Of a stretch of DNA of 64,000 bases, positions 39,033-48,116 are shown piece by piece; the first letter of the stretch is position 1, and each line of letters begins with the position of its first letter. The position numbers and the translations under genes were made by a program. Below the pieces are notes generated by a model. The model did no database searches. It saw only the letters and a program-made list of their open reading frames with translations, and was not told the origin of the DNA. This stretch comes from Lysobacterales bacterium. GTDB lineage: Bacteria; Pseudomonadota; Gammaproteobacteria; Xanthomonadales; SZUA-5. The stretch lies in contig JALHMH010000003.1 in assembly GCA_022844165.1 (NCBI GenBank), positions 160,001 through 224,000 of the forward strand. Direction: 5' to 3'.

Positions 39033-39249
39033 CCAGGCTTTGCCTCTGACCGCCGAGCATTGTTGGCTTCGCTCGACAGCGGACTTGCCAGATCACCGCA
39101 TTTCCGGCTCGGCGGCAAGCCGCCGGTCGTTCGGCTCGGCACACGCCCTACGGCGTGTCAGCGCCGATCCTCACCCCCCTTTGTACTCACGGGGGCTTCA
39201 ACAGCCAAAGCCGCTTGGAAGAAAAAGATCCCGCCCAGTCAAGGACTCT
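39030..39249 (-). repeat. Dispersed structured repeat, copy C
   Basis: Reverse complement reads AGAGTCCTTGAC..TTTCTTCCAAGCGGCTTTGGC..ACACGCCGTAGGGCGTGT..CCGGCGGCTTGCCGCC..CGAAGCCAACAATGCTCGGCGGTCAGAGGCAAAGCCTGGCTA. Its end is the TAG at 39030-39032. Confidence 0.88.
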
Positions 39250-39257
39250 GGCGTTGA

Positions 39258-39815
39258 TCAGGCGGCCACTGGCAGCAGCAATGATCGTCCTCGTTGGCCC
39301 GAACTGAAGTCGCTCAACATGCGGCGCGCGCGCGTCAAGTCCGAAAAAGTGTACAGCGCCAGATCGCCCTGCGACCAAATGCCCTCCAGGGGCTCAACTT
39401 GTGCGGCGCGCGCGATCGCCAGCGCAGTGCCGCCGGAGGCTTCTACCAGCGCGCGGGTTGGAACATTGCCGATAATCGCCACGACTGCCCGAATCGGGTC
39501 CGCGTCGGCTTGCCGCTCGAAGCCTTCGATGCCCACGCAGGTGAACTCGCCGGTGCCCGTCCGCAGTTGTGCCACCGAGCGATACTCGCCGGAGTGCCAG
39601 AATTCCATCAGTCGGGTAAAGCTGGGCCAGCGCGATACCACGGTCGATTGCGGCATTTCGCTTAAGCCGTACCGTTCCACTGCCAGTGCCGGCGCGACCG
39701 CCAGATAGCGACCGCCGAATTGGGCGTACACTGGCGGCAACGCTTGGATGTAGGCGGCGAATCGATCCCGATCGTGGATACGTGCCAGCACGACCAGGTA
39801 ACCAGGAAAGTCCAC
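39258..39815 (-). CDS. DUF1330-domain protein (tandem, second domain degenerate)
   Basis: GYLVV..IHDRDRFAAY..FGGRYL..FWHSGEY..LR; a second half-repeat LEG.W...F. Confidence 0.75.
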   Translation of the reverse strand: MDFPGYLVVLARIHDRDRFAAYIQALPPVYAQFGGRYLAVAPALAVERYGLSEMPQSTVVSRWPSFTRLMEFWHSGEYRSVAQLRTGTGEFTCVGIEGFERQADADPIRAVVAIIGNVPTRALVEASGGTALAIARAAQVEPLEGIWSQGDLALYTFSDLTRARRMLSDFSSGQRGRSLLLPVAA

Positions 39816-40067
39816 ATCGACACCTCGTCTGAATCGAGCGACGTATCATGCCGGCAAATGCGTCACCTTTGGTTGCGCGGTGTCACGCTTCCGCCTGCAG
39901 GCGGTTGAGAAACCGCCTGCGGGCGCGAACGATGGATGGTTCGCTCATGGATCGAGCACGCAAGTACTTGATCCACGTAGAGCGAGTCCGGGCCTGCGCC
40001 AGACTCGAGACCGCAAAAACCTACTAGAACTGCGATTCTCAACGAGGCGCCAGTGCATTCCCCGGCG

Positions 40068-41438
40068 TCACTCGGCACCCTTTCCTGGGTTGAGAATGCC
40101 GAGTGGGTCGAAGGCATTCTTGATTTGGCGCATCAATCCAAGGCTGGTCGCGTCGATCGCCCGGGGTACGAACGGACGTTTGTCCAGACCGACACCGTGC
40201 TCGCCCGAGAGGGTGCCGCCCAGGTCGAGTACCAGATCGAACAGTTCGGACAGCGCCGTCTGAGCACGTTCGCTGCTACCGCGGTGCGCAGGGTCGAACA
40301 ACAGATTGACGTGCAAATTGCCGTTGCCGGCGTGGCCGAAGCAGACAATCAGAAGCTCGTGCCGTATCGCCAGTTGCGCGACACCGGCCACCAGTGCAGG
40401 CAGCCGCAGCACCGGCACGACCACGTCTTCGTTGATCTTCCGTGGCGCGAGGCTGCGCAGCACCGGCGATAGCGCTTTTCGTGCCGCCCAAAGCGCATCG
40501 GTTTGCGCCGCGCCAGTCGCCATTTGAACGTCAATACAGCCCGTGGCCATCGCGCGTTCGGCCACAGCGGCCGCCGCCGCGTCGATGGCATCGGTCGCGC
40601 CGTCGACTTCGATCATCAGCAGGGCGCGCGCGGCCGCGTCGATGCCAGAAACACCCGGCCGCACCAGTTCGAGTGCTGCGGCATCCATAAATTCGATGGC
40701 GCTGGGCGTAATCGGCCCAGCCAGCATGCGCCCGACGGCTTCGGTGGCCGCTTCGACATCCTGGTACAGCGCCCGCAGAGCGCGCGTGGCGGCGGGCAGT
40801 GGCGTCAGTTTCAAGGTTGCCTGGGTGATGATGCCAAGCGTACCTTCGGCCCCGACAACAAGCCGGGTCAAATCCAGGCCCACTGCGCCTTTGGTCGTGA
40901 AGCTGCCGGTGATAGCGAGATCTCCGGTGCCGGTCACGACCCGCAGGCCGAGCACATTGTCGCGACACGCACCGTATTTCACCGCCCTTGGCCCGCCGGC
41001 ATTGCAGGCGAGGTTGCCGCCAATGGTCGAATAAGCGGCGCTGGTCGGATCTGGCGGCCAGAACACGCCGAACGTCCGGAGCGCGTTTTGCAGGTTGCCA
41101 TTGATCACGCCCGGTTGCACCACGGCCAGCCGGTTGGCGACCTCGATGCGTTCGATGCGCTGCAAGCGCTCGCAGCTCAATACCACGCTGGGAACGGTGG
41201 GCACGGCGGCGCCTGTCGTCGCCGTGCCGCGCCCGCGAGCGACGATCGGTGTGCGGCTCGCAGCACATGCGCGCACCAAAGCCTGAACCTCGGCCTCGCT
41301 CGCCGGAATGGCCACACCCAGCACCGGACCATGGCGCCTACTGTTATCGAAGCCATACACGTGGCGGCTGGCGTCGTCGAGCAACCACGCCTCGTTGGGA
41401 AGCGCGTTGCGCACCGCGATGGGTAACAGCTCAGTCAT
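40068..41438 (-). CDS. FAD-linked oxidase (GlcD/D-lactate dehydrogenase family)
   Basis: RGRGTATTG, PPDPTS, TIGGN, GAEGTLG, EDVVVP, GHAGNGNLH, SGEHGVG, LNPGK. Confidence 0.92.
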   Translation of the reverse strand: MTELLPIAVRNALPNEAWLLDDASRHVYGFDNSRRHGPVLGVAIPASEAEVQALVRACAASRTPIVARGRGTATTGAAVPTVPSVVLSCERLQRIERIEVANRLAVVQPGVINGNLQNALRTFGVFWPPDPTSAAYSTIGGNLACNAGGPRAVKYGACRDNVLGLRVVTGTGDLAITGSFTTKGAVGLDLTRLVVGAEGTLGIITQATLKLTPLPAATRALRALYQDVEAATEAVGRMLAGPITPSAIEFMDAAALELVRPGVSGIDAAARALLMIEVDGATDAIDAAAAAVAERAMATGCIDVQMATGAAQTDALWAARKALSPVLRSLAPRKINEDVVVPVLRLPALVAGVAQLAIRHELLIVCFGHAGNGNLHVNLLFDPAHRGSSERAQTALSELFDLVLDLGGTLSGEHGVGLDKRPFVPRAIDATSLGLMRQIKNAFDPLGILNPGKGAE

Positions 41439-41483
41439 GCGCCGGAGGATAGCCGGGTCATTGGTGCAAGGGCCGATGGGCGA

Positions 41484-42854
41484 TCACAGCATTGGCGCCA
41501 GAATCCGCGCGCATCCTGCGAGCACCTCTTGCCACGCGGGGCGGCTGCGAATGCCTCGTTGCGAGCGGGTTTCGAGACGTGAGTAGTAGTTTTCCAACTC
41601 GCCGATGACCGGACCGTCGTAGCAGAACAGTAAGGACTCATAGTTCAAAAAGAAGCTACGCGAATCGAAGTTTGCGGACCCGACAACGGCCATGTCGTCG
41701 ATCAGCGTGAGCTTGCTGTGCAACATGCCGTTTTTGTAGCGCAACACGTGTGCGCCATGGCGCACCAGCTCGCGCAAGTAGCTCATCGCAACAATATCGA
41801 CAATGATATTGTCGGAGCGTTTCGGCACCAGGATGCGCACATCGACGCCACTACGCGCGGCGATGCTCAACGCATGCAATAGCGCTTCGTCCGGCACAAA
41901 ATACGGTGTTGCGATGTAAATGCGCCGCCGTGCGTCCATCAGCGATTTGAGCAGTGCTGCGTGCCAGACGTCGTCGCGCTGGTCGGGACCTGACGCAAGC
42001 ACCTGCACCTGCGTCAGTGGCTGACCGGCCGGCGGCGCGCTGGCGCAGGCGACTGCCAGATTGTCGCCGGTGGCAAAGAGCCAGTCAGCGCGGGCGATTT
42101 CATCGAGCACCGCAGCGGCAGGCCCTTCGACGGTCACGCTCAAATCCGCCCAGCGGCTTTGTTCGGCGTGGTCGGCGAGATACGCGTCACCGATGTTGCG
42201 CCCACCCGTCCATGCACGGACGCCATCGGCAACAACGATTTTTCGATGGTTGCGCAGGTTTGCCATACGCGCGGTGAGGCTTAGCCAAAGCGGCTTAAAG
42301 CGCCGGAAGCGGCCGCCGCGTCGCTGCAGTCGATGCAGATGCGTGTCGTTGAGCGACCACGAACCCAGGTCGTCCACCAGCATCCGCACCGCCACGCCAC
42401 GCGCGGCCGCGCGCTCAATCGCCGTCAGCACCTCGCGACCGGAGGCATCGCGCAGGAAGTCGTAAATCAGGAAGTGCAATTCATGCTGTGCGCCATCGAT
42501 CACCTCGAGAAGCGCACGTCGCGCCGCGCCGGCCTCGGGGTGGATGCGCACAACGTTGTCGCTGGCCGGCAACATGCCGAGCCGCGAGACGAAGGCTTCG
42601 ACGCCATTTGGGCTGTGCTGGCGCTGCGGTGCGTCTTCAAAACCCTTGGGCACCCGCAGCCGGCGACGCAATGGCCCGCCGCGTTTACGCGTGCCGATCG
42701 TCAGATAGATCAGCGCGCCGAGAAACGGGAAAGCCAGCACCAGCACCAGCCACGCCGTCGTCGAGGCCGGCGACCGTCGCTCGCGCACCAGGGTGTACGC
42801 GAGCAGCAGGGCCAGCGCCCAGCCGATACTCAGCAGGACAACATTGGCGTCCAA
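41484..42854 (-). CDS. cls: Cardiolipin synthase (PLD family)
   Basis: Two HKD motifs (HRKIVVAD, HSKLTLID), N-terminal TMs, TPYFVP, GSANFD.RS. Confidence 0.9.
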   Translation of the reverse strand: MDANVVLLSIGWALALLLAYTLVRERRSPASTTAWLVLVLAFPFLGALIYLTIGTRKRGGPLRRRLRVPKGFEDAPQRQHSPNGVEAFVSRLGMLPASDNVVRIHPEAGAARRALLEVIDGAQHELHFLIYDFLRDASGREVLTAIERAAARGVAVRMLVDDLGSWSLNDTHLHRLQRRGGRFRRFKPLWLSLTARMANLRNHRKIVVADGVRAWTGGRNIGDAYLADHAEQSRWADLSVTVEGPAAAVLDEIARADWLFATGDNLAVACASAPPAGQPLTQVQVLASGPDQRDDVWHAALLKSLMDARRRIYIATPYFVPDEALLHALSIAARSGVDVRILVPKRSDNIIVDIVAMSYLRELVRHGAHVLRYKNGMLHSKLTLIDDMAVVGSANFDSRSFFLNYESLLFCYDGPVIGELENYYSRLETRSQRGIRSRPAWQEVLAGCARILAPML

Positions 42855-42871
42855 ATTCGTTCCTCGCCCGC

Positions 42872-43066
42872 TCAGTAGTGCGGCGGCACTTCGTGCCCGC
42901 CGCTGCTTTGCCGCACCATTCCATCGACGCTGCCGAGCAGTTGTTCGACTTGCGAACGTAGCGCAGCGAGTGCTTCGTGCGCCAGATGCACTTCGCGGCT
43001 CAGCGTTTGGATCGCTTCTTCCTGGTAAGCGATGCGGATTTCCAGCTCTTCAATACGCGCTTGCAT
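42872..43066 (-). CDS. slyX: SlyX family protein
   Basis: RIEELEIRIAYQE ... EVPPHY. Confidence 0.92.
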   Translation of the reverse strand: MQARIEELEIRIAYQEEAIQTLSREVHLAHEALAALRSQVEQLLGSVDGMVRQSSGGHEVPPHY

Positions 43067-43136
43067 AAATCCGGGCTTCCTCTCCTATTCAGGGCCGCAT
43101 GGTAGCCTTCGCCGCCCTTCGATTTCGAGTCCGAAC

Positions 43137-43949
43137 ATGGTCCGTAAGCCGGTAATGAACATCGCCGTGCAAGCTGCGCGCAAGGCCGGCACCGTCATCA
43201 TGCGCAGCATCCATCGCGCCGACGCGATTGCCGTGACCGAAAAAAGTCAGTTCGATTTCGTCACCGAAGCGGACAAGCTGGCCGAGGCTGAGATCATCAA
43301 AGAGATCAAGAAGGCCTATCCGGACCACGCGATCTGGGGCGAGGAGTCCGGGCGCATCGGTCAGGCGCGTTATGTGTGGGTCATCGATCCGATCGATGGC
43401 ACCAGCAACTTCATGCGTGGGCTGCCGCATTGCTCGGTATCGATCGGCCTGATGGAAGACGGTGTGGTTCAGCATGGCGTGGTTTACGACCCGGTGCGCG
43501 ACGAGCTGTTTACCGCCTCGCGTGGCGGTGGTGCGTATTTGAACGAGCGCCGTATCCGCGTCAGCAATCGCGGCGGACTGCCGGGTGCACTGATCGCCAG
43601 TGGCTTTCCATGGCGCCAGCGTAAACGGCTGAAAACGCAGTTGAAAATGCTCACGGCGCTGTTGGAAGAAGCGGAAGACTTGCGCCGCGGCGGTTCGGCT
43701 GCTCTGGATCTGGCTTACGTTGCCTGCGGTCGCCAGGATGGATATTTCGAATACGGCTTGCAGCCCTGGGATATGGCGGCCGGCGCGCTGTTGGTTCGCG
43801 AAGCGGGCGGCGCCTGCATCGACTTCGACGGCAGCGACAATTGGTTCGAATCGGGGAATATCATTGCCGGAAACCTCAAGGTCACGGCAGCGATGGTAGC
43901 GCGCATTAAACCGCTGGCGACACGCAAACTCTCCGATCCGGATTCGTAA
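43137..43949 (+). CDS. suhB: Inositol monophosphatase family protein SuhB
   Basis: DFVTEAD, GEE, WVIDPIDGTSNF, GSAALDLAYVA, WDMAAG. Confidence 0.92.
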   Translation: MVRKPVMNIAVQAARKAGTVIMRSIHRADAIAVTEKSQFDFVTEADKLAEAEIIKEIKKAYPDHAIWGEESGRIGQARYVWVIDPIDGTSNFMRGLPHCSVSIGLMEDGVVQHGVVYDPVRDELFTASRGGGAYLNERRIRVSNRGGLPGALIASGFPWRQRKRLKTQLKMLTALLEEAEDLRRGGSAALDLAYVACGRQDGYFEYGLQPWDMAAGALLVREAGGACIDFDGSDNWFESGNIIAGNLKVTAAMVARIKPLATRKLSDPDS

Positions 43950-43954
43950 CCGAC

Positions 43955-44416
43955 TCAAAGCGGAAGGCGAAAACGCCACGCGTCTTCGCCGTCCTGGTAG
44001 TAGTTGCGGCGTTCCCCAAAGCGCTGAAAGCCGAGCGATTCATACAGCGCGATCGCTGCCGTATTGCTCTTTCGTACTTCCAACCGCAGTTCGCGCGCGC
44101 CGCGTTGGCGTGCACCGTCGCTCACGTGCGCCATCAACCAACGCCCAACGCCACGCCCTCGGGCCGAAGCGGCAACAGCAAGTGAATACAAGCGCGCCAC
44201 CGCGTGCCGACGCGAGTAGAACACCAACGCGTAACCCAACACGTTGGCATCGGCTGCTACCCAAAAATCGCTGGATGTGGCGCGCTGGTGGTGTTTCAAT
44301 TGCCTGGGCGATAGCTGATCGCTATCAAAGCTGCTCTGTTCGAGCGCAAGAACGGGCGCAACGTCGGCTGTTGTCGCTCGGCGAACCGAGACTGAATCCT
44401 GTGCACGGGTGCGCAT
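43955..44416 (-). CDS. GNAT N-acetyltransferase (RimI-like)
   Basis: ARLYSLAV...RGRGVG, LEVRKSN.AAIALYE.LGF, YYQDGEDA. Confidence 0.88.
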   Translation of the reverse strand: MRTRAQDSVSVRRATTADVAPVLALEQSSFDSDQLSPRQLKHHQRATSSDFWVAADANVLGYALVFYSRRHAVARLYSLAVAASARGRGVGRWLMAHVSDGARQRGARELRLEVRKSNTAAIALYESLGFQRFGERRNYYQDGEDAWRFRLPL

Positions 44417-44535
44417 GTCATCGCTTGTAGGCTTGCCTGCATTCGCGAAGACTACGCGCCGCCGCGCGTGATGCGCGGGGTAGACCATCAAGATAACGCC
44501 TTTATCCGTTCAACCGTCCGAGCTGATCACCCTGA

Positions 44536-46020
44536 ATGAGCCGACTTGTCATCGTTGTCGAAAAAGCGTCGGACTGGGGCAGCTATTCCCCGTCCGAAAA
44601 GGTGGTGCTCGCCAGCGACTATCTAAAAGAGACCATTCGGCCCGATGAAGAACGCACACAGGTCATCAATCTGTGCCGGAATTACAAATACCTGGGCGCT
44701 GGTTATTACGTTTCGCTGCTCGCCGAGGCGCGTGGACACAAGGTGATCCCTTCGGTTCGATCGATCAACGATCTGCGCAGACGCTCCCTGTACAGCCTGG
44801 ACATCGAGGATCTAAACCAGCGGCTGACGAAGTTCCTGCCGCAAGAAGGCCGCGATACCACCGACTTCGGCATTCTCGTGTACTTTGGCGAGACCTCCAG
44901 CGAGCCGCTCAAAGACCTGGCGCGGCAGGTGTTCGAGGCGTTCCCGTGCCCGATTTTGCGGATCGAGTTCGAGCGCAATCGCGTCTGGCAGATCGATGCC
45001 ATCAAACCGGCAGGTTTGCATACCCTGACCGAAGGTCAGGAAGACGGCTTCGCCACCGCACTGGATCGCTTCTCGCGAAAAATCTGGCGCGGCAAACGTA
45101 CGCCTAAGAAGTACCGCTACGACATCGCGATGCTGCACGATCCGGCCGAAGCCTGGCCGCCGTCGAACAAGAGAGCACTCAAGGCCTTTGTCAGCGCCGG
45201 CAAAGACCTGGGCATCGACGTGGATCCGATCACGCGAAACGACTACGCGCGGCTCGCCGAATACGACGCGCTGTTCATACGCGAAACCACCGCGCTGGAT
45301 CACCATACCTATCGATTCGCCAACAAGGCGGAGAAAGAAGACATGGTCGTGATCGACGACCCGACGTCCATCCTGCGGTGCACCAACAAGATTTATCTGT
45401 CGGATCTGTTGAAAAGCCGCAAACTGGCGACGCCGCGTACCGAAATTCTGTATCGCGACGAAAGCAAGAAACTCATGGAAATGGCCGATCTGCTTGGCTT
45501 TCCGTTGGTTCTTAAGGTGCCCGACGGTTCTTTTTCGCGGGGCGTTGTGAAGGTCACGGATGCCGAGTCGCTTAAGCGAGCTGCGGACGAGTTGTTCCAA
45601 CATACCGCTCTGGTGCTCGCCCAGGAGTATTTGCCGACCGATTTCGACTGGCGCATCGGTGTCCTCAATCGCGAGCCGCTCTTCGCTTGCCAGTACTACA
45701 TGTCTCGTGGCCACTGGCAGATCTACAACCATGCTGCCAAGGGCGAGGCCAGGAGTGGCGACTTCAAGACGTTTCCGATTCGAGAAGTCCCCAGCGAAAT
45801 CGTCAAGCTCGCGCTACGCGCCACGCAGCAAATCGGCGATGGCCTTTATGGCGTCGACCTGAAACAGGTCGGCGAGCGCAACGTGATTATCGAAGTTAAC
45901 GACAATCCCAACATCGATTGGGGCATAGAGGACGCGTACTTGGGCGAAGATCTTTATCGCCGCGTCATGGCCGAGTTTGTGCGCCGCCTGGAGCGCAAAC
46001 GTCTGGGTGTGGCGGATTGA
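44536..46020 (+). CDS. RimK-family ATP-grasp ligase with N-terminal RLAN-like domain
   Basis: VINLCRNYKYLGAGYYVSLLAEARGH; LKVPDGSFSRGV, QEYLPTDFDWRIG, YGVDLK, IEVNDNPNID. Confidence 0.88.
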   Translation: MSRLVIVVEKASDWGSYSPSEKVVLASDYLKETIRPDEERTQVINLCRNYKYLGAGYYVSLLAEARGHKVIPSVRSINDLRRRSLYSLDIEDLNQRLTKFLPQEGRDTTDFGILVYFGETSSEPLKDLARQVFEAFPCPILRIEFERNRVWQIDAIKPAGLHTLTEGQEDGFATALDRFSRKIWRGKRTPKKYRYDIAMLHDPAEAWPPSNKRALKAFVSAGKDLGIDVDPITRNDYARLAEYDALFIRETTALDHHTYRFANKAEKEDMVVIDDPTSILRCTNKIYLSDLLKSRKLATPRTEILYRDESKKLMEMADLLGFPLVLKVPDGSFSRGVVKVTDAESLKRAADELFQHTALVLAQEYLPTDFDWRIGVLNREPLFACQYYMSRGHWQIYNHAAKGEARSGDFKTFPIREVPSEIVKLALRATQQIGDGLYGVDLKQVGERNVIIEVNDNPNIDWGIEDAYLGEDLYRRVMAEFVRRLERKRLGVAD

Positions 46021-46022
46021 CG

Positions 46023-46634
46023 CTATTCGAAGCGTGCATGAAGCAGGAACTGGCGGACGAGTTCGGCCACTTTCGCGCTAAACAACAGGCTCGTGTGGCT
46101 GGCAGCGACGATGCGATGATCGCTGATGCCGGGCAGTTCGGTTTCGCGGACCGCAACCGTGCCATCGTTGGGGCGTGGCAACGGCCCAAGCAGCAGGCTC
46201 AGGCCGAAACGGATTCGTCCGGCGACCGAGCCCAGCGGCACGCTCGACGCCCAGTGCGTCAAACCCTCGACGAGGGCCTTTTCGGCGCCCCCGAGTGTGG
46301 CTTTGCCAAGTTTCCAGCGCTGCAGGCGTTGCGCCAATTCGCTGCCGACGAGCGGCGAGCCCAGACACACCAGTCGCGCGATCGGGCGCTGGGTTCCGAG
46401 TACATAGTGCGCCGCGATCAGCCCACCCAGGCTATGGCCGACAATCGACACCGGCGCTTGGGCGTCGGCGACGGCGCTGTCCAGGCGTTGCAGCATTTCC
46501 GTCATCGTGCCGCGCACGCTTGGGTAATCGATTTGCGCAACCTCGAAACCGCTGCCGCGCAAGCGCTGCGCCAGCGCATCGGTCACGCGCGCACGCATCC
46601 AAATGCCGTGCAGCAAGATGACGTTGTGAGTCAC
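46023..46634 (-). CDS. Small alpha/beta hydrolase (lipase-like)
   Basis: LLHGIW, VGHSLGG, LGSP..GS, NDGTV, H. Confidence 0.88.
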   Translation of the reverse strand: MTHNVILLHGIWMRARVTDALAQRLRGSGFEVAQIDYPSVRGTMTEMLQRLDSAVADAQAPVSIVGHSLGGLIAAHYVLGTQRPIARLVCLGSPLVGSELAQRLQRWKLGKATLGGAEKALVEGLTHWASSVPLGSVAGRIRFGLSLLLGPLPRPNDGTVAVRETELPGISDHRIVAASHTSLLFSAKVAELVRQFLLHARFE

Positions 46635-46654
46635 CTGGCGCCTGCTCGCATCGC

Positions 46655-47272
46655 TCAGTACCTCAAGAGTCGCTTGGGTTTGACCGGCAGCCGGCCGCGC
46701 CAGTATTGGATCAGCACATACCCTGTGGCCAGTCCACCCAGGTGGGCAAAGTGCGCAACGCCGCCACCGCTGGCGAACACGCCCAGCACAATTTCAATGG
46801 ACGCAAATAGCATGACGGCAAATCGTGCCTTCATTGGGATCGGCGGGAACAGCGGCATGATGATCCTGTTCGGAAACATCAAACCGTAACCGAGCAAGAC
46901 GCCGTAGACGCCGCCGGAAATGCCGATTGTAGGTCGCGGATCGCCGCCGAGCATGCCCACGACCAACTGCGTGATGCCAGCGCCGACGATGCATACCAAG
47001 ACAAACAACAAAAAGGCTTGTGACCGCCAAAACCGCTCGAGTTCGCTGCCAAACATCCATAGCGCCAGACAGTTGAAGACAATATGTGCCGTATCGCCAT
47101 GCAAAAACCCGTAGGTCAACAACTGCCAGGGTTCGAAGGGCGGCATGCCCGGTTGTGCGCCGGTCGGCCACAAGGCGAAATGCACAAATAGCACCTCGCC
47201 ACCGGCGCCGTTCTGCAAGACGAACCCGATGGCGCATAGCGCCAACAGTGCGAAAGTCACCGGTGTGTTCAA
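46655..47272 (-). CDS. Rhomboid family intramembrane serine protease
   Basis: WQLLTYGFLH..HIVFN, GISG (catalytic Ser), AHFAHLGG. TTG 47272 overlaps the upstream stop. Confidence 0.9.
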   Translation of the reverse strand: MNTPVTFALLALCAIGFVLQNGAGGEVLFVHFALWPTGAQPGMPPFEPWQLLTYGFLHGDTAHIVFNCLALWMFGSELERFWRSQAFLLFVLVCIVGAGITQLVVGMLGGDPRPTIGISGGVYGVLLGYGLMFPNRIIMPLFPPIPMKARFAVMLFASIEIVLGVFASGGGVAHFAHLGGLATGYVLIQYWRGRLPVKPKRLLRY

Positions 47273-47637
47273 AAGTAGTTGCCCCACAGTTGTTGATCGA
47301 GATCGGATGCCCGTCGCGCAGCGACGATCTGTCCATTGGCGCTGACCGTATGGCCCTCCGACTGCAAGCGCGCCCTTTGTCGGACGAACCCGTCGGAATT
47401 CCGGGGAAACGCGATGCGATCGCCAGCGCGGACGACGCGATGCCAAGGAACATCGTCGGCGCCCGATTGCGACAAGACTCGGGCAACCAGGCGCGCGTAC
47501 TTCGGCAGGCCAACGCGCGCTGCAATCTCGCCGTATGTGGCGATCGCGCCTCTGGGAATACCGCGAATTGCTTCGCGAATCGCCACTTTTGCTGCGGCGA
47601 TGGTCGGCTGAACAGCTTTTTTACGCGGCGTTGCCAT
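47269..47637 (-). CDS. MGMT-family alkyltransferase-like protein (Atl/YbaZ type)
   Basis: IPRG..TYGEIA, ARLV, PWHRV (Trp replaces the catalytic Cys of PCHR), LQSEG. Confidence 0.88.
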   Translation of the reverse strand: MATPRKKAVQPTIAAAKVAIREAIRGIPRGAIATYGEIAARVGLPKYARLVARVLSQSGADDVPWHRVVRAGDRIAFPRNSDGFVRQRARLQSEGHTVSANGQIVAARRASDLDQQLWGNYF

Positions 47638-47681
47638 AGGCTGTTAGCATCCTCGTTCCAAGAACAGCGACGACCACCCCC

Positions 47682-48086
47682 GTGCAGAATTTCGAGGATA
47701 TCCGATCGCATCTGGCCGCGCGCCATGCGCTACGGCAGAACCAACCCTTTGTGATCAGCGTCGACTTGCAGTTGCCCGAGGGTCGAATCCAAAGCATCTT
47801 CTTTGCCGATCTGGAAACCGAAGATGATCGTCGTGTACTGCGTGTTTCAACACCTGTGGCGCCGCTGAGGCAACTCCCGGCAGAAAAGTGCCTGCGCTTC
47901 AATTGGGCGCAGCGATCGGGATTTCTGGCCGTTGATGACATGGAAGGCGTCGCGTTTGTCCATTTGTGCGAAAACCGGATGTATGGCTCGTTGACATCCC
48001 GCGAGCTGGACCGCTTGATTCACGAGCTGGGTTCGCTCGCCGATGGCCTGGAGTCGATCGTCTCGCATGGAGCCGATCGCGTCTAA
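47682..48086 (+). CDS. Hypothetical protein (possibly YbjN/type III chaperone-like fold)
   Basis: 134 aa with an alpha-beta-beta-beta-alpha pattern ending LGSLADGLE. The fold assignment is a guess. Confidence 0.55.
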   Translation: MQNFEDIRSHLAARHALRQNQPFVISVDLQLPEGRIQSIFFADLETEDDRRVLRVSTPVAPLRQLPAEKCLRFNWAQRSGFLAVDDMEGVAFVHLCENRMYGSLTSRELDRLIHELGSLADGLESIVSHGADRV

Positions 48087-48116
48087 TGTCCCTGGAATTT
48101 CAGTTGCACTCTCATC

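Noticed and set aside
46023-46040. C-terminal HARFE of the small hydrolase (and PAFAE of the S46 peptidase) as further GFE tags
   Set aside because: They lack the D-x-L-F-x-x-G pattern, and the hydrolase has no signal peptide.
46655-47272. Rhomboid as a rhombosortase for the C-terminal tag
   Set aside because: It looks like a generic rhomboid coupled to an alkyltransferase-like gene, and the tag has no TM helix to cleave.
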